From Bispira polyomma (Eukaryota): a DNA stretch of 64,000 nucleotides. The notes under the pieces were generated by a model that saw nothing but the letters and a program-made list of their open reading frames with translations, made no database searches and was not told the DNA's origin. Shown here piece after piece: positions 39,971-55,203 of this stretch. A program made the translations under genes and the position numbers. Position 1 is the stretch's first letter, and each line of letters opens with the position of its first letter. The DNA lies in NCBI GenBank assembly GCA_965649765.1, contig OZ287757.1, positions 31,558,001-31,622,000 on the forward strand, in the 5' to 3' direction.

Positions 39971-42900
39971 ATTTACTGGGAACTGACGTTATGACTTCAG
40001 TTCTAACCAGGATAATTGGTTGTATATCTCTGTGGCATATACATATTTGATTACTTTATGACACATTTGCTTGACATTTTCAGGTGTTTTTACTTGGAAA
40101 ATACATCGTCTTCCATGTCTTGGTCTAATCATGTATCTCAAGTCATCATGTCTGCTAAAATTCCCATTGCAGATTTATACAGGATAAAACATATACTTGA
40201 CATGAATTTTCTTGTTAACAAATGAACTTGTTAGAAGCCATAAAGACTACTGCAACTCTCTCTTTACTATTCTATCTGACAGCGGGTTAAAAAGATATTG
40301 TAGTGTGTATACAAAATCTTCCTTTGTCACATTACAACCACATAACACCTCAATTGGAAGAAACTACAAGTCTCCAAAAAATTTTGGTAGTGTTCTCCTA
40401 CCTTAGGTACTTTTTTAGCTATTGCATCAAATCTCTCCTTGCATTAATGACCCTGTTTGTCAAACAATTTCAGTTTGAACTGCACCGAGTTCCCCTATTT
40501 GAGAAAGATATGGTGCCTGCAAAAGGCTTTGATTTAAAATATGAATATCTTTTAGCCACAAATCACTTTGCAGGATTCAGGTGGATGAAAGACCTGACAT
40601 TCTGTTATGCAAAAAAATACTGTCAATTAACAGATTTAATAAATTAGAACTATCAATATCAGATATGTGACATGGAATACTCCCCCATGCTACTTTGTAA
40701 AATTACAGCATTAATGACCTAATCTGATACATCTTCTGGCTTTTTTATGCTAAAGAAAGCCAATTTTATATCTATTTCACTTTTTAAAATTTTTCTGTGC
40801 AGTTAAAATAATGTTACATATCAAATTATTTGTGTTTTACTGCACATAATTGATTGTGGAGTTTACAACAATATAACCTATGTGTGGAGAAACACATTGC
40901 TCAGTCCAAATGACTCTTGTGGGGGAACTTGTTTCAAAGTTTTGTTGCAGGTCTTTTTATGCCTCCATTCACATATGTTCAGCCTTTGACAAATTAATAG
41001 TCTGTTCCGACTTGACAAGTTCAGGCACCACTTACACAACAGACAGAGAAAGTTATTATGCCCCTCCCAATAATAGAATGACAACCAAGGTCTAATGACA
41101 CACAAATTGCAAAGGAGGGATTTGTAGCTACATAAATGAGATCGGGATCTTTTAGTTAGATGTCCCTTTGAAAAGCAGTGAAAATATTGTAAGCTATACA
41201 TATATAAAACATTGCATCGTTTCTAAAGGATTCAGGATTTCGCTGAAAATGGGATTGCCTTTTAAAGAATTTCAGGCTAGGGATTGTCAGTTGAATGATA
41301 TTATCTCAACTGACCTTTACATTCTTAATAATAAGCCATATTGTTAAAAAATTCAGGAAATTATTAACAATATTAAGTGTGTACATTATTCTTGATTTTG
41401 TCTGGATTTGTTAAGATTGCTTAAATATAATATTTAAGTCATACCTTTCATCACTGAACTGTGGTAAGTAGAAAAGATACATCCATTTGGCCTTAACTGA
41501 TGGATAACAAATAATCAATCACTGTTTCAGATATATGAGTCTGGGTAAATCAATTTAATGTCTCTGGTAATAATGACAAAAATACCAAAGAAAATGCTAC
41601 AATAGAACCTATTTTTGTCTGCAATAGACAGGTCTTATGACAAAAGGGGTATTTCTTATTATAGTGGCTTCTTTTTTCAATAATTTGCTATGTGTTAAGG
41701 GCAACTTCTAGATCCCCATTGAGAAAAATACACTTATTTGTTGTTGTTTTTTTTTTTGCTTATTGCCCTTTTGTCCAACTGTCTTTCTATAACAGTTACT
41801 CATATTATGTGTCTGTGATTTAGGCCATTAAGGCCATTTTGAACAATCACAAAAACTACAGTTCTTTGATCTGAAGCATTTATTGACATTATTTCAAAGT
41901 TGGATCTATATTTAGATCCACCAAAGCATTTTTAGATAGAACAACAGTTTTTATATTCCCGATTGATATTTTTTATGTAGCCTGTTTTATTAATGACTCT
42001 ATTTCTTGCTATTCCCTGTATTATTCTATATAAAAACTTTAAAGTCATTGTATGGGAAGATGTTTTTCTCTATTTGATCTCATAGTGTTATCTCATTTTT
42101 ACTGTAATTGTTAGTTTTGTTTATCTTATTTTACAAATAATTGCCGCAATATAGAGACAAATTATTTAATTTTGCATTTACCAGGGTACATATGTTAGTA
42201 ATCACTATTGGCCACTGATTCTGTGATTGCTGAAAAAATGAAAACTTAGCTAAAGAAAATTATATATACCATCTTACCATTGCATTAGATTTATGATTTT
42301 ACCATTTAATTTGATTTACCATTTTAGCATCATTTAGTTTGGTTGACCACAGGAATCTTTTTATGAAATGGGTACAACATTTGTTTCAGCTTGTTGCACT
42401 TGTCGCCTGCTTGTTGGACTTGTTGGTTGCTTTTGACACTACTGATCATGGTATTCTCATGGCACCTCATTATGCCCTCCTATAATCAACCTATAACGTG
42501 TCATTTCTATGCTTATTTATGTACGTCACACCCTAGCACTTCAGATAGTGCCTTTGAACTTTGTCACAAAAATGCTTGCCAGATCCTATGTTGATGACTT
42601 TTTTCCATTACAATCATAATTTTTTGGATACTGACTACCATTTAACATGGAATTTGATATAAAGAATTATAAGCCTTGAAATTTGTTTAATAGTAATATT
42701 TAAAATAAAATTTTCTCTCATTTTAAATTTATGAGGGAATTTTTTTACCACACACAAAAATATTGTAAAGCCTATAAATATTGCCTAAGAGTAAAAAAAT
42801 GGTATTTAATAATCCAAAAACCAATAGCTAGATCAATCATTATGAGCTATGATCAATTTGAGAGCATTCCCATCAGCACTTATGGAACAAAATTCTGAAA

Positions 42901-44048
42901 GATGAGGGTAAAATACATATTTTTAATTCACCATTTTTTGTAGATATTAAAAGTGAACATATCTGGATAAAATCTTCAACTATTTATACATCGATCAAAG
43001 GTATCCATAAAATATGGGGGCAGTATATGGACTAGTATATGGACGGCAGCATTGAGAAAAGATCGTATTTTTGTCAAAGTCTATTGCAGCTTGTAGGAAA
43101 AGGAAGTAATTAAGTTTACAAAGTAAAAGATGGCCCAGATTCCTGGTGCTTTATGGGGCTTTATCGGATATTATTATCACTAATAACAAACATCATCTTT
43201 TTGCTCAGTTTTGCAATTTGCTTGCTGGTTTTCTTTCAACACAGGATGAGATTCAAATCACATGTGAAATGGTCCACAAAAGGTTTACGGCTGTGATCTG
43301 ATACATTCATGACTTAGACCAGTCTAAATGTTGGTGAATCGTTAGCACCACATTTTGCCGGGGAACATGGACGAGTCTGTTAATACACAACAGTGAGGTA
43401 TATATAGACAAATATAAAAACAAACAATTAAAAGCCATTGAGGTTTAAATGACATATTTAGCTGATTCAGTGGTTATATTATGAATAACTGGTACATATA
43501 TGTTAATTGTCCTTTTTATTAAATAAATATGGTTTATTAAAGCATTATTGTTACTTTTTATTTACAACAGTCTCTTGAAAATGGCCCTTTTAGTCAGATT
43601 ACAAAGAGCAACAAGCTAACCAATACCAGTTTGACTAAATAAAGAAATGAAGACTACAACAGATGGGCATAATTCAGGTTTGCAACTGTCAAATCTATGG
43701 ATGTTTATTACTGTTATCTTATACTCAGAGCCCCCAATAATAGATGTCCACATGGTTGTATTAATATGTTATAGTGTCCTAGATAAAGTAATGTACTTGA
43801 TATGACTTATTTTTTAATAATCACTATATGATTATTTTGTGAATCTGAACCAATAAATACAAATCAGGACCTACGCGTTCTAATTGACATATATTTTAGG
43901 CATGTATTGTTGTATTCAATATATAAAGCGGATGCTTATAACCACAAGGCCATTGTGACCTGCCATACAATGATGAGAATTGAGTGTTGGCACAAAAACA
44001 TACTAACAAACTAAAACAATTTAAACATCAGTTACTATAGCTGTTATG

Positions 44049-44206
44049 GGGACCGCGGTGGCCTAGTGGTTAGCATGCATTGCGCTTCACAATCACGGGT
44101 CTCTCACCTCTGGGCGGCGTGAGTTCGAATCCCGCCGATGCCTATGTGGAAATGGTGGTAGTTCCTTACTGGCCGCTGGTTTCTCTGCAGAATCTTGACC
44201 GATGCA
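44049..44206 (+). mobile_element. tRNA-derived SINE, 5' part
   Basis: A box tggcctagtgg and B box gagttcgaatccc, then a non-tRNA body shared with 9238-9402. Confidence 0.8.
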
Positions 44207-47200
44207 TATTTGATTGACTTTTGTACATTTTGATCACTATTTTTCGTAAAACAGAAAAGAAAGCTTTATCACTTACAAAACATTCTGAAATGTTATACCG
44301 TTAAAACAACTTCTTAAACTTGATAGTTTTAATTGCCAAGAGTATTGTTCACTTCGAAATGGCAGTAACTTAAACACTGCTCTAGTACTTAATTGTCATC
44401 AATTGTTTCAAACTATTGTCAGTTTGCATAGTGTCATTGTCTTTATTTAAGGTGTATTGTCGTAAGTAAGTCATTCTTGAACAATAGTAAATCAATACGT
44501 TAGCTTGTATTGTAGAAGCATTTTTATTAATAATAATACATATGGTACCTTTTTCTCTGTGTAGGGTCTCTCTTTACTAACACTCTATTTTGACAATGAT
44601 TTTCGTACTAATAAACAATCAGAATTGATAGATATGATATTGGCAATTTCAACGCCTAAACCACATTTGGATATACAAATATCCCAGCATTACTAAGAGT
44701 AATTTTAGATAACCTTGAAAATACAATATCTTGTAATGATTGATTTGTAATTTTTACAAAAAATTATTTTCTGTATTTTGTAGGTCCCAATATAGACTTT
44801 AGAGAATATTTCACTGTCAGAATATAATTAGTTTGGACAAAATACTTTTTAGTTTAAATGTAGCTTAGAGATATTTTGAGGGTTTTGTTCCAAGAGTAGA
44901 CTGCGCCTCAAATCTATTGAAATATTTTTAAGTCCATGACAAATGAATAGTCTCTACCTACTTGACAGGTTAAGATATCTATTGCACAAGAGTCATAAAA
45001 AGACAACCAAGGTTTAATAAGGCAAAATCACCAATGAGGTATTAGCAAAACAGCAAGTGACATGAGAGCATATTATTAAGATGTCCCCTTGACAAGCATT
45101 GCTTGCAATACATAATTGTGATAAAATATCACACATTTTTCAAAAGATTAGGGCTATTGTTCAAATTGGGATGTCTTTCAAAGACTTTCAGGCTTTTGTT
45201 TCTAAGTTGGATGATATTATTTTAACTGACCTTTAAAATCTTAATAATAAGGCAACTTTTTATACATTCTATGAAATAACAAAACAAGGCACACACAAGT
45301 ATTAAGTGTGTGTATTAGTGTTCTCCATTTTGTCTTGATGTGCTAAGATTGCTTAATAGAAGATTATACAACAAATACATTTTGTTGATTTATAATAAGT
45401 ACTCAACCACTATTTCATATGAATGCTGATAAAAATACCAGAGAAAAGCTTTACAATGGAACCTATTTCTTTTAGTTTGCTCTGCCAAAAGGTTATAATT
45501 CCTACATTTTATTATTGTTTTATTTTGTTATTATTTTATCAATTTCAATTTGAATTTCAGTGTATGAATAATTTTCAAACTAACTTTTTTAGTAGAAATG
45601 TTTTCTTTATTTAAACAAACATGCACATCGTACTATTATCATCCTTTCACTGTCTAATTGCCTCCGAAAATCGATTTAATATTTTCTTGTCTGTGTTATT
45701 TCAATAGTATAACATGTGGATTAATACCAACATTCACCAGATATGTGTTCAATTTATCAAAGTTGTCTTATAATGAAAAAGGTTGTCATATTATGTAAAA
45801 AGGTCAAATCGTGATAACAATATTTTAAAATTGTCAATTTAAAGAAACAAAGATACATAAAATATGGATATTTTTAAAATATGGACCTGAAAAGTTGCAC
45901 ATGTTAATCTTCATAAAATCCAGTTGTCATTGGGTACAGTTTAAGACCATTCCATTTGGAGAAAACGTGTTTTAAAGATGAGACTATGAGTACCTGACCA
46001 GTAATTAGTTGCAAATTGGACCAAGATACAACACCTGTTGGAGCATCAATTTTTATTGCATGCATTCAGTTACATCATAGCTTACAATACTTAAAGCCAT
46101 GTCACAAGAATATTTGCAATTATTTGGATGTGAGTACTTACAGAATAATAAAAGTACCATGTAACTATTAATATAACAACCAGCTTCAGTATTATTATAC
46201 TAGAAAATACAATATGAGCAATAGATACCTAATTGTGACATAGCACATGACAATAGAGTAAGAGAAGGATGGGTAAATAAAATAAACAGTAGTTCTCTAT
46301 AACGCTCTTGACAATATCTTGTAATGAAAATATTTGCTATCTCAATCGTGTCGTCTTAAATTAACATTTTACAATATAGATAGAACAAAGCATTAAATTC
46401 GCCAATTTGTGTATATACAAAGAGTAGATATATCTGGATAAAACGCTCAATTTTTCATCCTTGACCGAAATGGGGGATAATATCTGGGAGAAGAACTGGT
46501 ACAAGGACAACACTGCCAACCTAAAAAAACGTACTGCAGCTTGTAGGAACAGGAAGTAATTAAGCTTGCAAAGTAAAGGTGCCCCAGTTTTCTTTTGCTT
46601 TGTAGGCCTTCAGCTACTACTTGTGCTCAGTTTTAGAATTATATGTCCAATTTTCTTGTGGGGTCCCTGTCAACACAGGATATGAATTAAGTGACATCTG
46701 AAATGATCCACAACATGTTTTTGACAATAAAAAAATACAAACCCAGAAAAGCTCTTTCAGTCTTTTCTATGAGAAAGGGGGTCAATGTTAAAGGATATTG
46801 ATTGTCACTGAGGACTAGTCCAGTGATACATTCGCACATGAGAGGTCTTGGGAAGATATAGAAACTTGCATATAACTTCAATCTTTTTTATTTTTTATTT
46901 ATATATAGACAAAACTGCTGCAAAAAATACAGACAATAATAAGCCTATGTAAACTCTTACTGCATAGTTGAATTCAGTGCTGGAAGCTCTATTAAAATGA
47001 GAGGCTACAAATATAGGTCATTGTCACATGCTGAGAAAACAAGTTTGAGTTTAATACAAAATATGTATGATGGCCTTGATAACTGTCTGACTTGAGCACT
47101 GTTTAATCATGAAAACTGCCCCATAACTCACCTTATTCTAACTAATAGGAGCTGTCTTAAGTAAGAATACATTTTCGGCAAAACATGGTGGGACATTCAA

Positions 47201-50200
47201 GGTCACTCGTAGAAGGGAATTGTACGATTTATTTGCTGGTGCTTCCTAATTAATACACAAGCCTAAAATTGTATTAAATTTTTTCCAAATGAAATTGTAA
47301 TGGTACAATCTCTTGCATGTAAAACAGTTAACTGAACATATCTAAGGCCTGCATGATTGATTGGAATGTCTTAATCATACTTATTGATTTGCACCCAATG
47401 ACAAATATTAGTTTAGTAAAGGCAGTAAATTAATATTGAGGATATACAAAACTATGTCTAAATTTATAGTTTATTAAGGGACCAATATTTAACCAATAAT
47501 AAACATTATAATTGTTTTATCTGTAATATATTTCCATAATGTCAACACACACAAACACACATTACCTACCTCAGTTGAAAGGAATTAATTTTTTCTGCAT
47601 GTAGACCATCAGCTCACAGCCTCTATGGTACCCTACGTTAAAAAAAAACTAGACAAATGACAACGCAGAAAGATATTGCTTAAAATTTCTAGCAATTCCA
47701 AAGCAGAACTCTCATTTATCAACTAAAATTCCCACTTAATCTGACATTTTCCATGGCTGTATCATGCTTTGTATATCTAAACCATACTGCATATTTGAGA
47801 TTATTGTTGAAAGCTGTATAATGAAATTGTTAACATTTCTAATTTCCTTTCATTCATTAGTGAATCACTTATGAGTGCCTGTGGGATTTAGGTTTAAGTC
47901 TGAGTTGATGAATACGGTTGCCCCAGAAATTATAATGCTTACAGCTGCACTGTCAAAGATAGTTGAAACATAAAGAGAAAACACCAGACATCAGTATAAC
48001 GCCAACCATGAAACAAATGTATGGCAAATTTGCATAATTTGGCTAATTTTCCAAACCATATTTTTGTCTCAACATATTTTTTTTTTGTTTTATATTTGCA
48101 GTATCTCATCCTATTTTCTTCAGCCTTTGTTAGACATGAAGTGTTTCTTATAGTGTGGGGTGACAGAAGTTATATTATCAGTTTTCCTTAACCACATTAG
48201 GGAGAAATCTCCAGACGTCAGCATAAAGCCCACACAAATTTACAGCAAATTTGCTGACACATCATGTGGCCAATTTTATAAAAATGAAGCGTGCATATTA
48301 AGGTTATGACAACATTTTTTTCTCTGAACAACCTAGTTTTATTTTTTCTAAGCTTCCCTTTAGACAGATGATAGTTTTTGCTGATAGCTTTTGTAACTGT
48401 GATTCACTACTGCAACTGCCAAATATATGGATGTTTATTATTATTATAACATATTCAGAGTCCCCCAATAATGGGGTCAGGTCCAGTATGTTATCATATT
48501 TGTAGACCTACTTGATGTAATTAACATATCAGGTGTCATATTGTTGCACTATAATACATGCATTTTCCTGTTATTCAAAGTGATAAATAACATTTTCCTA
48601 ACTGCTATCTTATCCACAACTTGTAACTGTCATTCCCGTAACTGAAGAGAGAGGATTTGGAATGACCATTGATCAATGTACTCAAGGTTCTTTAGCCTGC
48701 TACTGGAGATACGACACAATGGCAAAGGACCAGACTGGAATTGAATTCAGCTCCTGCAGGTTCTTAAGTGAGTATATAACTGACTGGGTGACAGTAACAG
48801 AAGAAATACATACTTTCTTACATAAACTTACATTTTTTTTAAATGCCAAAAAGTAACTGAAACTTTATCAGTGAGCTAGTAGCTAATATAATACATGCAG
48901 GGCAAACTTCCATTCCCTCCTCCCTCAAAATAAATTACTGCAATATAGTGAGGATTGGTCTAACACACTTACAAATGAGATTAGTAACTCAATTGTGGCT
49001 GATTTGTAGTCAGTGTGTGCACTAATAGAATGGGCGTCACACCTTGCTAGGAAAAAGTAATTTCAAAATGAATAGAAAAACCTTGTGTGTCTTTGTGTTT
49101 TGCGCACAAACCATTCACTTCTGCAAACTAAAGTCATGAACCTAGCTTTAACCATGACAATTGTTTGTATATCTCTGTGGCTTATATATAATTGATTACT
49201 TTAAGACACATTTGTTTGACATTATTAGTTGTTTTACTTGCCAAATAAATTGTTCTACAGCGCCATGTCTTTGCCTGATCATGTATCGCAAGTAAGCAAG
49301 TCTGCCAGAATTTTTATCTGAGGTATATTTAGGATACAAAATTTATTTGAGATGAATATAGCTATTAACACATGCACTTGTTAGAAGCCATATAGACTAT
49401 TACAACTCTCTCTTTACTGTTCTATCTGACCATAAGTTGAAAAAATTGTAGTGTGTATCCAAATTCCTTTTGTCACATTTAAACCACATCACACCTCAAT
49501 TAAAAGAAATGCCATTGGCTCCCAGTTATATTCACAATTAAGTCCAGCATGGTTACAAATACAAGTCTTGTGTATTTCACCAAGGGTTTGAGGTGTTGTG
49601 TTCCAACCTTGGGTAATTCTTTAACTTTACACACTGCATCGAATCTCTTTGTTACTTTCTTCAGAAAGCTACCAGAATTCACACATTTGCATCAGTCTAC
49701 CCTAGTTAACACTTCCTTCGTCCATGGTCACATCTCCCTTCATTTATGACCCTGTTTGTCGAACAATTTTTGGTTGAGCTCCACTGAGTTCCTCCATTTG
49801 AGTAAGATGTTGTGCTTGCAAAGGCTTTGATTTAAAATATGAATATTTTTTGGCCATGAACCACTTTTGCCATAAACACCACTGGATTCATGTGCATAAA
49901 AGACCTGTCAGCCTGATATGCCATAAAATACTGTCTATAAAGACAATTTTATATAGATTTCACTTTGGTTTATTTTTTCTGTGTAGTTAAAAATAATGTT
50001 ATATATCAAATTATTTGTGTTTTACTGCAAATTACTGACAGTAGAGTTTACAATAACATGACCAATGAGTGGGGAAAAATATTGCTCAGTGCAAATTACT
50101 CTTGAGAAATATTGTTTCAGGGTTTTGTTTCAGGTATTGTTTATGCCTCTATTCAAATAAGTTTTGCCCCTGACAAATGAATAGTCTATCCCTGCTTGAC

Positions 50201-52839
50201 ATGTTTAGGCACCACTTACACAACGGACATAGAAAGTTATTATGCCCCATCCGAATAACGGAATGACAACCAAGGTCTAATGACACACAAATTGCAAAGG
50301 AGGAATTTGTAGTTATGTAAATGAGACTGGGACATTTTGGTTAGATGTACCTTTGAAAAGCAGTAGAAATATTGCAAGCTACAAATCATTGCATCGTTTC
50401 CAAAGGATTCAGGATTTTGTTGAAAATGGGGTTGCCTTTTAAATAATTTCAGGCTAAGGATTGTCAGTTGAATGACATTATCTCAACTGACCTTTAAATT
50501 CTTAATAATAAGGCACATTGTTAAAATTTTCAGGAAATTATTTACAGTATTAAGCATGTACATTATTCTTTTCCTTGATTTTGTCTGGGTGTGTTAAGAC
50601 TGATTAAATATATTCATTAAGTCATACCTTTCATCACTGAACTGTGGTAAGTAGAAATTATACAACCATATAATAGATGTATGCATATATACCTTTAATG
50701 ACAGATAATAAAAAATCAAATATTTATTATACTTGTGAATGGGTAAATCAATTTCATGTCACTGGTAATGATGACAAGAATACTAGAGAAAATGTTATAA
50801 TGGAACCTTTTTTAGTCTGCTCTATAAAGAAGTCTTATTACAAAAGGTATTTGTTATTATATTTACTTCTTTTTCTTCAATAATTTGTTTTGTGTTGAGG
50901 TCAACTTCTAGTTCCCCATTGCGAAAAATACACCTGTTTGTTGTGGGGTTTCATCATTGCCCTTTGCACAACTCATACCAGTTACTCATATTATGTTTCT
51001 GTCATTTAAGCCATTTTTAGACATTTGTAAAAACTACAGTCCTTTGATCAAAGGCAGTAAATGACATAATATCCAAGCTGCAGCTATATTTAGATCCGCC
51101 AAGGCATTTTTAGATCAAAGAACAGGTTGTATACCCTATTGATAATATTCATGGGATGTGTTTAGTAATGATCCTATTTCCTACTATTTGCTGTATTATT
51201 TTATATAAAAACTTTAATGTTATTGTATGGAAAAATGTTTTTCTCTATTCGATAATAGTATTAACCTATTTTCACTGTAATTGTGAGTTGTGTGGATCTT
51301 ATTTTACAAATAATTGCTGTAATATAAAGACAAATCACGAAATTTTATTTTGCATTTACCAGGGCATATATGTGAATAATAACTATTGGCCAATGATTCT
51401 GTGAATGCTGAAATGCAAACTTTGCTGAAGAAATTATATATACCTTTTTATCATTACATTAGATTTACGATTTTACCATTAAATTTGATTTACCATCTTT
51501 ACTATCATATTGTTTGATTGACCACAGGAATCATTCTTGTTATGAAATGGATACAACATTTCTGTCCAGCTTGTTGTACTTGTCGCCTGCGTGCTAGACT
51601 TGTTGGTTGCTTTTGACACTACTGATCATCATGCATTTAAATTTTTTCAGAAAATTCTTGCCAGATGTTAAGAATGAATGGCTTCAAATAAGCTCACATT
51701 GAAAGACTGAGTTCATTCTGTTTGGCTCCGGTAATTGTGTCAAACTGTTGGACTTGTTTTACTGTCCATATTCTTAGAAAATTTACTAACACCCTGCTTC
51801 AGGACTGCTCCTCTAAAGCTATCGGCTAGTTACCAGTTAATGACTTTTTTCCATTTCAATCATATTTTTTTCAAACTGCCAAACATTTAACATAGAATTT
51901 GATATAAAGAATCCTAAGCCTTGAAATTAGTTTAATACTAATATAAAAACATAAATTTTTCCCTTATTATAAATTTATGAAGGAATAATATTTTTGGGTT
52001 TATCACAATATATACTTTACAAATAAAATACACAAAGATAAGCTACCACACACAAAAATATTGCAAAGCCTATAAATATTGCCTAAGATTAACAAAATAC
52101 TATTTAATAATCCAAAAACCCATAGCTAGATCAATCAATATAAGCTATGATCAGTTTGAGATCATTCCCATCAGCTTTTATGGAACAAAATGCTGAAAGA
52201 TGAGGATAAAATACATATTTTTTTAAATTCACCATTTTTTGTAGATATTGAGAGTGAACATATCTGGATAAAATTTTCAACTATTTATACATCGACCAAA
52301 TGTATCCATAAAAAGCACAGAGAAAAGATCGTATTTTTGTCCAAGGCTATTGCAGCTTGTAGGAAAAAGAAGTAATTAAGTTAACAGAGTAAAAGGTGGC
52401 CAAGATTCCTAGCGCTTTATAGGGCTTTACCGGATATTTTTATCACTAATAACAAAAGTCATATTTTTGCTCAGTTTTGCAATTATAAGTGCAATTTGCT
52501 TGCTGGTTCCCATTCAACATAGGATGAGATTTGAATCACATGTGAAATGGTCCACAAAAGGGTTTTGGCCAAAAAAAGTGCAACTAGAACCATGCTCTCA
52601 CATTCTTAAATGGGTCATCAAGAAGAAATGGTAGTCTTAACAGGTTAAATAACTTGTATTCTTAAATGATTGTCTTTAAGAGCTATGTCATTGATATGTT
52701 CCTGAAACTAGACATTTTTATACAAATTAAGCTCACATTTGACGTTTATCTACATGTTGTATTTCTGTCGATGGCTTACGTCTGTGATCTGATACATTCA
52801 TGACTTGAAGCAGTCTGAATGTTAGTGGATCATCAGCAT

Positions 52840-53624
52840 AGTATCAAAGTATCAAAGGCTGCTGACAGATCCAGCAGTACTAAGGCAGTAGGCATACCTT
52901 TGGATAAAGATGTATGAACATCATTTTTGATGCAGAGAAGTGCGGTCTCAGTAGCATGACCACTTTTGTACGCTGACTGATACTTATTGGACAGATTGCT
53001 GATGTCAACATGTTGTTTGATCTGTAAGGCAACCGTGCATTCTACCAACTTAGAGATATAGCAAAGGCCTGAGACAGGACGGTAAGTTTTCAAGTCAGCC
53101 TTTGGAAGAGAAGGTTTTTTTATTAAAGGAGTGACAATGGCCCTTTTAAAATCATCTGGAAAGACGCCATTTACCAACGAGAGGTTGATAAGTTTTGTGA
53201 TTGAGGGCAATAAAATGTCAATACATTCCTTAACAAGGAATGTGGGCCACGGATCTAGCAAGCAAGATTTTACTGGTGATGCCAGTATAATATTCCTGAC
53301 TTCATCAACAGTTACTGTGGAGAAACAGTTGAAGATGGTTGGTGGAGCTGTTGGTAAAGGGGCATTTGGGGCAGCTAATGTAAAACCGTCACGGATTCTG
53401 GTAATTTTATCAGTGAAAAAAGTACTAAAAATGTTTACCAGTGATTTTCTATTACAATTTTCGGGTAGTATAGTCTGTTTTTTACGGTGGTGGGTGCTAT
53501 TTAGTTTTTGCCAAAGTTTCTTCGGGTCGCCCTCGCTTTGTGATATCATGTTGGCATAGTAGACACGTTTTGAGTAATTTATAGTGTTGTTGCACCGGGT
53601 GATCCATTGGCGTAGTCTAGAACT
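52840..53624 (-). pseudogene. Inverted L2 ORF2 segment (linker and first RT motifs)
   Basis: ORF 52833..53549 is open upstream to ~53624. Confidence 0.9.
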
Positions 53625-54751
53625 ATACTATTGATCACAAAGTTTTTCTTGAGTGCCTATCGTCTTGGTTCAGTATCAGCGGTATGGCGCTTAAGTGGTT
53701 CACGGCATATTTGTCTGATAGATTCCAATCAGTCAAAATTGGTAATATCTTATCCGACCCAACATGGTTAAAATTTGGTGTTCCCCAAGGTTCCGTCCTG
53801 GGTCCCATTTTGTTTTCCATGTACACCACTCCACTCAGCAAGATTATTGCTGCATACAAAAACATAAACTTTCACTTCTATGCTGATGATACCCAACTGT
53901 ACATCCACCTTACACCTGACTCTGCCCAGGCAGCTTTCACTTCCTTACAGAACTGCCTTGTTGATGTACAACACTGGATGGCAGCAAATAAACTCAAGCT
54001 GAACCCTGAGAAGACTGAGTTTATTTTGTTTGGCTCCAAGTCACAGTGGGAAAAATTGTCCAGCTGTTTTCCACTTGACATTCTTGGCAGCAGGTTTTTT
54101 CCAGCTGGCAAAGTACGAAACCTGGGTGTGGTGTTCGACTCTGAATTCTCCTTCTCTAACCATGTCGCATCGGTGTGTAGATCATGTTTTGTTGGCCTCC
54201 GTGATTTCAGGCGGATTCAACACTATCTTTCCAAATCCACTGCAATCACTGTTGCCAATGCTTTGGTCAGCAGCAGGCTTGATTACTGCAACTTTCTGTT
54301 CCGTTCCTTATCTCGTAGTGATCTCAGACGCCTTCAGAATATCCAATACTCATTGGCACATATTGTGACCAAAACTTCTACATTTTCCCACATTACTCCT
54401 GCACTCAAGTCACTGCACTGGCTCCCAATAAAATATCATGTTGCTTTCAAAACAGCAACAATAATATATAAATTTCTAAATTCTGGATTACCCACTTATT
54501 TTAGCCCCCATCTATCCAAATATACATGCTCAGTCTGGACAAGGCGCAGTAACCCTGATAAATTATACCTTAACATTCCCACTTTCGACCCTCGCATCCA
54601 CAAATCCAAAGTTCAGTTCAATCACTGCCTAGCTCATGATGGCCCCCTCATTTGGAACAGCCTACCTGATCATGTTCACCTGGCTCAAACTTTCTCCTTT
54701 TTAAGGAGTAAGCTGAAGGCCTATCTTTTTGAACAGGCTTTTCCACCTTAG
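53625..54751 (+). pseudogene. L2 ORF2 C-terminal half (RT core)
   Basis: QGSVLGP, YADD, KLNPEKTE, SRLDYCN, LHWLP. Confidence 0.92.
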
Positions 54752-55203
54752 CAGTCGCAACCATTTACGGTAGTCTCACTGGTTACGACTTCCATCCACC
54801 CACTATTTTTGATTTTCGATTAACGTTTTGGGTTTGTTGCGTCTTAGAATTTGTTGTACAAAGATTAAGCGCTATAAAAGTACGACTAGATTACATTAAA
54901 ATAGATTAGCATCACATTTTGCAGGGAAACATAGACAAGTCTGTTAATACACAACAGTGAGGTATATATAGACAAATGTAAAAACCATGATTAAATGTCA
55001 ATAAGATTTAAATGACATATTTAGCTGATTTAGTGGCTATACTATGAACAACTGGCACATGTATCTTAATTGTCCATTTTAATAAACAACTATGGTTTAT
55101 TAAAGCATTGTTGTTACACAGTCTCTTAATAATGGTCCTTTTAGTCAGATTACAAAGTGCAGCAAGTTAACCAATTGTTTAAAAGAACACTCCGGCTGGG
55201 TAG

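Larger units (their letters stand above)
39245..48795. repeat. Macro-repeat block Q, copy 2 (no large insertion; supplies the empty sites)
   Basis: Same landmarks as copies 1 and 3. Contains uninterrupted sites for E2 (~41580), the L2 (~43340) and E3 (~43645). Confidence 0.85.
52840..54910 (+). mobile_element. L2-clade LINE, 5'-truncated with inverted 5' segment
   Basis: Minus part 52840-53624 (YRPVS..QSAYK..DLSAAFDT) joined to plus part from 53625 (TIDH..GVPQGSVLGP..YADDTQ..FPP). Degenerate (TTAGA)n tail; empty site at ~43340. Confidence 0.93.

Noticed and set aside
44049-44140. tRNA gene
   Set aside because: A and B boxes are present, but no proper cloverleaf or T-run terminator, and it continues into a SINE body seen elsewhere.
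53131-54368. Overlapping and antisense ORFs on L2 and YR-element genes
   Set aside because: Shadow frames with no motifs.
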